Shown: piece after piece, positions 41,517 to 50,437 of the stretch
Layout: every line of letters begins with the position of its first letter
How positions within the stretch are numbered: position 1 is the first letter of the stretch
Assembly (NCBI GenBank): GCA_963784735.1
Contig: CAWASK010000004.1
Location: forward strand, 9,427 to 73,426
Direction of reading: 5' to 3'
DNA: 64,000 bases
Origin: an uncultured delta proteobacterium
GTDB lineage: Bacteria; Desulfobacterota; Syntrophia; Syntrophales; UBA4778
Notes under the pieces: model-generated
Told to the model about the DNA's origin: nothing
Databases searched by the model: none
Seen by the model: only the letters and a program-made list of their open reading frames with translations
Position numbers and translations under genes: made by a program

Positions 41517-42203
41517 TCAGCCTCGGGCCGGTATGGCTATTCGGGTCATGAATTTGTAGGGCTCCCCCCTGGGGTCTTGCTCGTTGAGGAACTCGAATTT
41601 GACCAGCACCGACATAGGCGCCTTGTCTTTCCCCGACCGGGAGTTCGAGTCCCAGCTTTCATGTTCCGCGCCCGACGAATCGAGCAGGGTATACCTGAGG
41701 GATTTTACCCGGCTGCACAGCAGGAACCCCCGCGGCGCTCTTTCCCCCGCCCTGTCGTTGATCGAAGCGGTATCGCTCCTCCAGAGATAATACCCCTCGC
41801 CTTCGGGGTCCTTCGTCAGGTAATAGCGGATCTTCGCATTCGCTGTGGAATTCCCGTCCGTGTAGCTGAGCCCCGCCGAGGAGACAAAGCTCAGTTCCTG
41901 GCTCTCCACGGCGATATCGCTCCCGGAAAGGGACAATTCATAGGAGCCCCTCAGGGGCGTGAGCGATTCGAGGTCCTGCAGCATCCGGTCAGCCGTTATC
42001 CGCACCATCCTGTATACCCCTTCGGTATACTCGGTGGATTTTGATATCCTGAACGTCCCCGAGAAGGCGGCGTATATTGTCGAAACAACGACCCCCAGGA
42101 TCAGGATTGAGATCATGACCTCCAGCAGGGTGAACCCGCCTCTCAGTGCCTCGGCACGGGGCCTTTCATCCTTTGAATTTGTAAAGCACAAGGGTAATCG
42201 CAT
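41517..42203 (-). CDS. gspJ: type II secretion minor pseudopilin GspJ
   Basis: It carries the prepilin N-terminal methylation motif 'GGFTLLEVMISILILGVVVSTIYAAF'. 228 aa. The exact start is uncertain because it overlaps the inferred gspI tail. Confidence 0.8.
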   Translation of the reverse strand: MRLPLCFTNSKDERPRAEALRGGFTLLEVMISILILGVVVSTIYAAFSGTFRISKSTEYTEGVYRMVRITADRMLQDLESLTPLRGSYELSLSGSDIAVESQELSFVSSAGLSYTDGNSTANAKIRYYLTKDPEGEGYYLWRSDTASINDRAGERAPRGFLLCSRVKSLRYTLLDSSGAEHESWDSNSRSGKDKAPMSVLVKFEFLNEQDPRGEPYKFMTRIAIPARG

Positions 42204-42571
42204 TGTTTCTTGTCAGCCTGTTATTTTGAACGGTCAGGACGATCTTTTTCAGGAAGCCGTTCATCTTCGGATGTAACGGAGCTCTTCCAGGTGTAATCCG
42301 GGTAATCGGGGCCGAAATCGCCGCTTCCCGAGTTCAGGGCCGCAATATCCATCGTGTCCAGCTCCGCCATCTTGCCCTGGGCCAGCAGGGTGAGGTTAGT
42401 GGTCACCCTCGAGTTCCCCATCATGGCAACGCTCTGGGACTGCGACTGAAAAACGACCACGAGCGTTATTGCCAGGATGCACATGGCAACCATCACTTCC
42501 AGCAGGGTAAACCCCCTTCCGGCGCATTGGGCGGGCTCGTTTTTATTTCTCTGCAAATTCTTGAGGATCAC
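42167..42571 (-). pseudogene. gspI: type II secretion minor pseudopilin GspI, 1 frameshift near 42270 as sequenced
   Basis: 'GRGFTLLEVMVAMCILAITLVVVFQ'. The inferred tail 'FLKKIVLTVQNNRLTRNNAITLVLYKFKG*' is in another frame. Confidence 0.75.
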
Positions 42572-42607
42572 GCGTTTTCTTTCTGATTCAAGAGTCAGCC
42601 AGCCCTC

Positions 42608-43202
42608 TCAGGCGGTCCGGGGCCAAGGCATATCGAACGGACATTCCTTATGGGAAAGAGAAAATTCCGTCTTGTTTTCGTCGATCTCCACCAGCCTGTC
42701 GTAAATCCTGGCCGTGCCGGAAAACGGGTTGAAAACTAGGGTAAAAACCCGGTCGTTCTGGGACAGGTAAAGCATTGCCGGCTGGGTATAACCCCTGCGG
42801 AAAAACTTCACGGTCGCGTCGCCCTGGGATTTTTTCCCGCCCCCGACAATGGCCACCTGCAGGATTTTCACGTTGTCCGGGAGCTTGAAAGACATCTTTT
42901 TCATCTCGTCGCGCTTGGCCGCCGTCATGTCGGAAGTCTCGTACCACAGGAGGTTATGGTCCAGATCGAAATGCATCACGTAATCGACATTTTCCCGAAC
43001 CGCATCCAGGCGCAGTTCCCTGCTCTTTGTTGACGATGTACTTCATCGCCGCATGCACGCTGTCCTTGTAGAGCATGTCATGGATCTGCGGGGCGGCAAT
43101 GAACAGCATTATCCCGATCAGCACCAGGACAACGCACAGCTCTATCAGCGTATAGCCCGGGCTAGTCCGATTCCCAGCTGTTGATGTCCTTGTTTTTCCC
43201 AT
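42608..43202 (-). pseudogene. gspH: type II secretion pseudopilin GspH, 1 frameshift near 43020 as sequenced
   Basis: 'PGYTLIELCVVLVLIGIMLFIAAPQI' (ORF 42954..43202), continued in ORF 42608..42979. Confidence 0.75.
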
Positions 43203-43621
43203 CTCCGCCTGTTTCCCCGTCGGGCCCCAACGAACTCAGGTCATATTCCCCATGCCTGCCCGGTGAAACGTATACAAAATCGTTGTTCCACGGGTCTTTC
43301 GGGACCTTGCCTTTTTCGAGATATCCGCCCTCCCGCCAGTTGCCGGCCAGTTTGCCGATCGTCGGGGGCTCCACCAGCGCCTTGAGGCCCTGCTCGGTAG
43401 TCGGGTAATTGCCGTTGTCGAGCTTGTAAAGCTTCAGGGCCGTCTCCAGGCTCTCTATCTGGATGCGCGCCTTGGAGCGCCGCGCCTCCTCGGGCCTCCC
43501 CATGATCCGCGGCACTATCAGTCCGGCAAGGATCCCGAGGATCACGAGGACGACCATCAGTTCAATGAGGGTGAAACCGCTGTTCGCCCCGGCGCTCCCG
43601 GTTTTTCAAAAATATGTGCAT
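43162..43621 (-). pseudogene. gspG: type II secretion major pseudopilin GspG, 1 frameshift in the first 10 codons as sequenced
   Basis: The ATG at 43621 gives 'MHIFLK'. A T5/A5 homopolymer region switches the frame to '[36 protein letters not shown]...[18 protein letters not shown]...DPWNNDFVY'. Confidence 0.9.
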
Positions 43622-43635
43622 GTGGCAGGCCTCCA

Positions 43636-44865
43636 TTATTTGATCAGCTGGTTCATCTCGAAAATAGGAAGCAATACGGAAATAACAATGAACCCGACAA
43701 TCAGCCCCATGAACAGGATCATCAGGGGCTCCAGGACTGAGGTCATCATCGTAACGCTCGATTCGACTTCCTTTTCATAGGCATCGGCAATGCGGTACAG
43801 CATCGTTTCCAGGTTGCCGCTCTGTTCCCCGACGGCAATCATCTCCGTTGCGATCGGGGGAAACATTTTGCTTTTGGCCAGGGGCGCCGAAAGGCTCTGT
43901 CCCTCCCGGACTTCCTCCGACGCATCCTGTATAGCCTTGGCGATATGCCTGTTGTTCACTATGCTGCTGACAATCTCCATGGCGTTGAGCAGCGGCACAC
44001 CGCTCTGGAGCAGCGTCCCGAGGGTCCTGCTGAAACGCGCCACGGCGAGCCTCTGGTTTACCGGCCCGAACAGGGGCATTTTCATTTTCAGCATGTCCCA
44101 GACGAGTCCTCCCCTTTCCGTGCCGACAAAAAAATAGCGCAGGACGAAAAACCCCCCTGCCAGCAGCAGCGCAACAAGCCACCAGAAGGACTGGAGGAAA
44201 TTGCTGACGAAAATGAGGACCACCGTTATGAACGGCAGGTCCTGGTGCATTTCGTCAAAGACCTTCGTTATGTTCGGCACGACAAAGGCGAGCAGGAAAA
44301 ACATGACCAGCCCGCCGACAAAAAACATGAAGATCGGGTACGCCAGGGCAGTCCTGACCCGCAGCTTCAGCGCCTGCTGCCTTTCGCCGAAATCGGCAAG
44401 CCTCTCGAGGACGGAATCGAGCTTGCCCGAGGCCTCGCCCGCCCTGACCATGTTGACGAAATACGGGGGGAAGACTTTCGGGAACCCGGAAATCCCCTGG
44501 GAAAGGCTCCTCCCCTCATTGACCTCGGAACGGATCTGCGAGAGCGTTTTCCTCAGTTCCGTGTTCTGCGTCTGGTTGACAAGCACGGTCAGCGACTGGA
44601 CCAGGGGAAGCCCCGCATTGAGAAGTGTCGAGAGCTGGCGCGTCATCACGGAGGTCTCGACCGGCCCTATCCTTTTGAGGATGCTGCCGACGGATTTCCC
44701 TGCCAGATTTTCGGCCTTTTCCCCGGCAACGGATTCTCGCAAATCCACCGGGAAAAAGTTGGTGTCCCTCAGCTTCTGCCGGGCCGCGATTGCGCTCGAG
44801 GCGTCGATTATTCCCTTCAATTTTTTCCCGGTTGAATCCAGGGCTGTGTATTCATAAACAGGCAT
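43636..44865 (-). CDS. gspF: type II secretion inner-membrane platform protein GspF
   Basis: Start taken at 'MPVYEYTALDSTGKKLKGIIDA'. It has two T2SSF repeats ('LSTLLNAGLPLVQSL', 'LGTLLQSGVPLLNAM'). 409 aa, frame intact. Confidence 0.9.
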   Translation of the reverse strand: MPVYEYTALDSTGKKLKGIIDASSAIAARQKLRDTNFFPVDLRESVAGEKAENLAGKSVGSILKRIGPVETSVMTRQLSTLLNAGLPLVQSLTVLVNQTQNTELRKTLSQIRSEVNEGRSLSQGISGFPKVFPPYFVNMVRAGEASGKLDSVLERLADFGERQQALKLRVRTALAYPIFMFFVGGLVMFFLLAFVVPNITKVFDEMHQDLPFITVVLIFVSNFLQSFWWLVALLLAGGFFVLRYFFVGTERGGLVWDMLKMKMPLFGPVNQRLAVARFSRTLGTLLQSGVPLLNAMEIVSSIVNNRHIAKAIQDASEEVREGQSLSAPLAKSKMFPPIATEMIAVGEQSGNLETMLYRIADAYEKEVESSVTMMTSVLEPLMILFMGLIVGFIVISVLLPIFEMNQLIK

Positions 44866-45306
44866 AAAGAACCATAACTGTTTGAAACCAAAGGTACTTA
44901 CTCCAATAAGCCGCATCGTCTAACACATGAGATGCCCTATATCAAGTGAAATAGCGTTATTCTTGAGCTATATGTAGGATAAAGGATGGTTAAGTTTCTC
45001 ACTTTCAGGTATTCTGCTCATTAAATACAAGACATTTACTTGCGGAAAATGGATGCCTTTGGTGTAATCCAAAGCAGAAGAAAAGTGAGATGAGAAGGAA
45101 GCTGTTTTCATAAAACAAAACCCGATTTTGCTGGAATAATTCCTCGACTATATTTCACGCGTATTACTATCATAAAACCGACTTTCACTCCAGAAGTGAT
45201 GGTATCTAACATATCTTAAATACTGGATTTTTTAAGCGGTTTGTATTATTAAACACGGCGCGGCCGCACTGCGGCCGGGACTGTCCAGTTCGAAAAAGGA
45301 TCAGCA

Positions 45307-46146
45307 ATGAGAGAAATCAGCGCCGCCGCGGTCACCAGCGCGGTGAGAGGGCTTTTCATCGATGCCAACCAGCGGCTCGGGGACGACATCCTCGCGAAAT
45401 TCGAATCCTGCCTGAGGCAGGAAACGTCGGGCACCGCCAGGGGCGTCCTGGAGGAGCTGAGGGAAAACGCGGCCATTGCCCGCGAAGAGGGTTCCCCGAT
45501 CTGCCAGGACACCGGGCTCGCGGTCCTGTTCGTGGAAATCGGGCAGGACCTCCATGTTTCCGGGGGAGACCTCAGGGCCGCCATCAACGAGGGCGTCAGG
45601 CAGGGCTATGCCGAGGGTTACCTCAGGAAATCCGCCTGCGATCCTTTCAGCCGGGCCAACACGGGCGACAATACCCCGGCGGTCATCCATTATGATATCG
45701 TGCCCGGCGACAGGATGAGGATAATCGCCATGCCCAAGGGCGGCGGGGCGGAAAACATGAGCCGGGTGGAGATGCTGACCCCGGCAGCGGGCCTCCAGGG
45801 GGTCGAGGACCTTGTAGTCGAAACCGTGGAGAGGGCCGGTGCCAATCCCTGCCCGCCGACGATAATCGGGGTGGGGGTGGGCGGCACCATTGAGCGCTCG
45901 GCCATCCTGGCGAAACGGGCCCTCCTGAGGAAAATGGGGGATAGGAACCCTGACCCGTAGATAGCCGGGATCGAAAAGCGCCTCCTGGAGAGGGTCAACG
46001 CTCTCGGGATAGGACCGATGGCATACGGCGGGGACACGACTTCCCTTGATGTGTTCATGGAAGTGGAGCCCTGCCACATCGCGAGCCTCCCCGTTACGGT
46101 GAATATCCAATGCCATGCCGCAAGGCACAAGGAGGCTGTCCTGTGA
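45307..46146 (+). pseudogene. class I (Fe-S) fumarate hydratase / tartrate dehydratase alpha-type subunit, interrupted by one in-frame TAG (45958-45960)
   Basis: 'GSPICQDTGLAVLFVEIG', 'GYLRKSACDPF', 'MPKGGGAENMS' and 'PPTIIGVGVGGT'. After the TAG the same frame continues: 'IAGIEKRLLERVNALGIGPMAYGGDTT...NIQCHAARHKEAVL*'. Confidence 0.85.
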
Positions 46147-46706
46147 AAGGGCCTGTCAGGCTGCGGACGCCGCTCACGACAGAAGACCTGGAGAAACTCA
46201 AGGCCGGGGACAGGGTCCTGATTTCAGGAAAACTATATACCGCAAGGGATGCCGCCCACCGGAGGCTTTGCGCCGCAATCGCGGCAGGGAACGCGCTGCC
46301 CATGGAAATCAAGGGGCAGGTGATTTATTACTGCGGGCCTACCCCGGCCAAGCCAGGCAAGCCCATAGGTTCTGCAGGCCCGACGACCAGCTACAGGATG
46401 GACAGCTACGCGCCCGTCCTGATCGAACTGGGCCTCAAGGGCATGATCGGCAAGGGGAAGAGGTCGCCCCAGGTGCTGGAGGCCATCAGGAAATTCAAGG
46501 CGGTCTATTTCGGTGCCACCGGGGGGGCCGGCGCCCTGCTCGCGAAAAGGATAAAGAGCGCCCGGGTGATAGCCTATGAAGACCTCGGTCCCGAGGCAGT
46601 GCGTGAACTGGAAGTGGAGGATTTCCCGGCAATAGTGATAAACGACACCAGGGGAAACGACCTGTACGAACAGGCCTTGAAGAAAGAGGGGAAAAAAGGA
46701 GCCCGA
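46143..46706 (+). CDS. class I fumarate hydratase beta-type subunit (C-terminal domain); no stop before nadB as sequenced
   Basis: The GTG at 46143 overlaps the alpha-subunit stop (GTGA). 'LKAGDRVLISGKLYTARDAAHRRL', 'GQVIYYCGPTPAKPGKPIGSAGPTTSYRMD', 'GMIGKGKRS' and 'AVYFGATGGAGALL'. Confidence 0.85.
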
Positions 46707-48299
46707 GTGGAAGTAAAAACTGATTTCCTGGTCCTGGGCAGCGGCATAGCGGGGCTCACCCTGGCTATCAAGCTGGCCGAACTGGGTTCCGTGGCAATCG
46801 TTACCAAGAAAGAGGCGATTGAATCAAATACAAACTATGCCCAGGGCGGGATTGCGGCGGTCATGGACCCGCTGGACAGTTTTGAAGACCATGTCAGGGA
46901 CACTCTCGTCTGCGGCGCGGGCATCTGCCACGAAGACGTGGTGAGGTTCGTGGTGGGCGAGGGGCCGGAGCGTATCCGGGAACTGATCCAGTGGGGGGTC
47001 GAGTTTTCCCGCAATGAACACGGCTTTGACCTGGGGCGCGAGGGAGGCCACTCCACGCGCAGGGTCCTGCATGCCAAGGACCTCACGGGCCGCGAGATCG
47101 AGCGGGCGCTTGTCAGGAAAGCGGCGCAGAGCCCCAATATCCACATTTATGAAAACTGCATGGCCGTCGAGCTCATCCGCAAGCCGGGGCCGTCCGGCGG
47201 CGTGCACGACCAGGGGCGCTGCATCGGGGCCTACATCCTGGAGCCGCAGAAGGGAAGCGTCCTCACTTTCCGGGCCAAGTTTGTGGCCCTCGCGACAGGC
47301 GGGGCCGGCAAGGTATACCTTGTCACGACCAATCCCGATATAGCCACGGGCGACGGCATCGCCATGGCCTACCGGGCCGGGGCCAAGGTGGCGAACCTCG
47401 AATTCATGCAGTTTCACCCTACCTGCCTTTTTCACCCCGAGGCAAAATCGTTTCTCATCAGCGAGGCCGTGAGGGGCGAAGGCGGCATCCTGCGGCTGAA
47501 AAGCGGGGAGGCCTTCATGGAGAATTACCACCCGATGAAGAGCCTGGCGCCCCGCGACATCGTCGCCAGGGCCATCGACAGCGAGCTCAAGAAATCGGGC
47601 GACGAATATGTCCTGCTCGACATCACGCACCGGGAGAGGTCATTCATCAAGAAAAGGTTCCCCAACATTTACCAGAAATGCCTGGAGTTCGGAATCGATA
47701 TCACCCGCGAACCGATACCGGTGGTCCCGGCGGCCCACTTCATGTGCGGAGGCGTGTTGACGGACCACTGCGGCCAGACCACCATCGAGGGCCTCTTCGC
47801 GTGCGGGGAGGTCGCCTGCACGGGGCTCCACGGCGCCAACCGGCTCGCGAGCAACTCCCTCCTGGAAGGGATAATTTTTGCGCACCGCACCTTTCTGAAA
47901 ATCAGGGAAATCATTCCGGGGCTGGCCGAGGAGAGCGTCTCCATCCCGGAGTGGGACCCGCGGGGCGCCACCCAGAGCGACGAGTCAATAGTGGTTTCCC
48001 ACAACTGGGACGAGATACGCAGGTGCATGTCGAACTACGTGGGCATCGTCCGCTCGGAAAAAAGGCTCGCCCGGGCCAAGAGGAGAATAGACCTGATCCA
48101 GCAGGAGATCGACGAGTACTACCGGAATTTCATCATTACCCGCGACCTGCTGGAATTGAGGAACATTGCGGTGGTCGCGAAACTCATCATCCGGTGCGCA
48201 ATGCGCCGGAAGGAGAGCCGCGGCCTCCATTACACTATCGACTACCCCGAGAGAGACGACAGGAACTGGAAGAGGGACACCGTGATCCAAAGGGGCTGA
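46707..48299 (+). CDS. nadB: L-aspartate oxidase
   Basis: RBS AAAGGAG lies 5 nt before the GTG at 46707. 'DFLVLGSGIAGLTLAIKLAE' (FAD GxGxxG), 'NYAQGGIAAV', 'HSTRRVLHAKDLTGREI', 'MQFHPT', 'EAVRGEGGIL', 'GGVLTD...GLFACGEVACTGLHGANRLASNSLLE'. Confidence 0.95.
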   Translation: MEVKTDFLVLGSGIAGLTLAIKLAELGSVAIVTKKEAIESNTNYAQGGIAAVMDPLDSFEDHVRDTLVCGAGICHEDVVRFVVGEGPERIRELIQWGVEFSRNEHGFDLGREGGHSTRRVLHAKDLTGREIERALVRKAAQSPNIHIYENCMAVELIRKPGPSGGVHDQGRCIGAYILEPQKGSVLTFRAKFVALATGGAGKVYLVTTNPDIATGDGIAMAYRAGAKVANLEFMQFHPTCLFHPEAKSFLISEAVRGEGGILRLKSGEAFMENYHPMKSLAPRDIVARAIDSELKKSGDEYVLLDITHRERSFIKKRFPNIYQKCLEFGIDITREPIPVVPAAHFMCGGVLTDHCGQTTIEGLFACGEVACTGLHGANRLASNSLLEGIIFAHRTFLKIREIIPGLAEESVSIPEWDPRGATQSDESIVVSHNWDEIRRCMSNYVGIVRSEKRLARAKRRIDLIQQEIDEYYRNFIITRDLLELRNIAVVAKLIIRCAMRRKESRGLHYTIDYPERDDRNWKRDTVIQRG

Positions 48300-48320
48300 A
48301 GGAGGGCTCCTCAAGGTCGC

Positions 48321-48340
48321 GGGCGGCCGCCTGGCCGCCC
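48321..48340. terminator. GC hairpin between convergent nadB and mdh (no U-tract)
   Basis: GGGCGGCC-gcct-GGCCGCCC. Confidence 0.4.
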
Positions 48341-48352
48341 GAAATGCGCGGG

Positions 48353-49369
<1,017 letters not shown>

Positions 49370-49450
49370 TTATTGCATCTTGCGGCAATTACTGCTAAAA
49401 GGTCGAATTCAATCATGAGATTCACTGAGTAAAGATACAGGAGCTGATAG

Positions 49451-49540
49451 ATGGGTAGTGTTGTCAAGAAACGCCGCAAAAAAATGAGCAAGCATAAATA
49501 CCGCAAGCGGCTGAAACTCAGCAGGCATAAACGCAAATAA
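49451..49540 (+). CDS. 29-aa highly basic micro-protein resembling ribosomal protein bS22 (AURKAIP1/COX24-like)
   Basis: 'MGSVVKKRRKKMSKHKYRKRLKLSRHKRK*'. An AGGAG lies 9 nt upstream and a strong terminator follows. It is not in the ORF track (under 60 aa). The call rests on my memory of the mycobacterial bS22 sequence '[21 protein letters not shown]...'. Confidence 0.6.
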   Translation: MGSVVKKRRKKMSKHKYRKRLKLSRHKRK

Positions 49541-49583
49541 TTGAAAACCCTGTTATTCCAGACGGGTTCAAATATCAAAAGAC

Positions 49584-49610
49584 AAAAAGGCCTCGCCTCG
49601 AGGCCTTTTT
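49584..49610. terminator. bidirectional rho-independent terminator
   Basis: AAAAA-GGCCTCG-cct-CGAGGCC-TTTTT: a 7-bp GC stem with a 3-nt loop, flanked by A5 and T5. Confidence 0.8.
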
Positions 49611-49907
49611 GCGTTACTTCCCAATATCCCGATCGGGGGTCCCTTTTTCCGGTTCCCGGATAATGAAAAACCCTGGCATACTCATGCGGGTCGACATGTG
49701 CCCGCGCCGAGAAAGAGGGTGTAGCATGCCAGGGCTGCCCATTTAATGTATCAATAATAGTTTCGTGGTAAGAAATCAATCAGCCCAAACCTTATTTTCG
49801 CGGCAAATATTGCTTAGACACCCTCAGTTTTTGCCTGATATGGGAGTCCTTGCGGAAAACGCCGATTTCAAGTATGAAAACAGCAAATAAAATCCAGAGG
49901 TGGTCCA

Positions 49908-50333
49908 ATGCTCAGCACTTGCATCGAACTGATCCGCACCCAGAACACATGCGTTCTCGCAACGGCGGGAGGCCCGCAGCCGCACTGCTCCCTGATGACC
50001 TATATCCCGGACGGGGAATGCCGCCGTATTTACATGGCGACCCTGAAGGATACCAGGAAATATAAAAATCTTGCCGGCAACAGGGCCGTAAGCGTGCTGT
50101 TTGATAACCGGAGCGACAAGTCCAGCCCGGCGCTTGCCCTGACGGCGGCCGGCGTTTTCGAAGAAGTCCCCGGCGAACGGGCGCAGTCCATCAAGGCCCT
50201 GCTGCTCGCGAAGCACCCTCATTTAAAGGAACTCCTGGACGACAGGTCGACGGAGATATTCTCCGTAAAATTCACCTCATTCCAGCTCCTGAGCGGCATC
50301 AGGGAATCCAGCTACATCTCCCTCGGGGACTGA
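49908..50333 (+). CDS. pyridoxamine 5'-phosphate oxidase-family (FMN-binding split barrel) protein
   Basis: 141-aa ORF with 'CVLATAGGPQPHCSLMTYIPDG...IYMATLKDTRKYKNLAGNRAVSVLF'. Confidence 0.7.
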   Translation: MLSTCIELIRTQNTCVLATAGGPQPHCSLMTYIPDGECRRIYMATLKDTRKYKNLAGNRAVSVLFDNRSDKSSPALALTAAGVFEEVPGERAQSIKALLLAKHPHLKELLDDRSTEIFSVKFTSFQLLSGIRESSYISLGD

Positions 50334-50437
50334 GCCCTATTTTTTTATTTGCCCCCCGGGGTATTTGCCGGTAAAGTGCTTTTCAGGCATATCGAGGCGG
50401 TTTCGCCGCCTGCGCAAAGACTGCAGGGAGCCTTAAG

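Noticed and set aside
45958-45960. Pyrrolysine decoding of the in-frame TAG in fumarate hydratase alpha.
   Set aside because: There is only a single occurrence, the gene family is not known to use Pyl, and no pyl genes are in the window. A nonsense mutation or base-call error is more economical. The TAG itself is still reported as a finding.
49611-49800. Identity of the structured region as SRP (4.5S) RNA or 6S RNA.
   Set aside because: There is a superficial resemblance of 'GGGUGUAGCAUGCCAGGGCUGCCC' (plus strand) to the 3' half of E. coli 4.5S RNA. However, the diagnostic domain IV elements (GGAA tetraloop, AGCA/GGAA symmetric loop) are absent. For 6S RNA I could not form the required closing stem between the 5' and 3' ends. 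It is kept only as a generic sRNA candidate.
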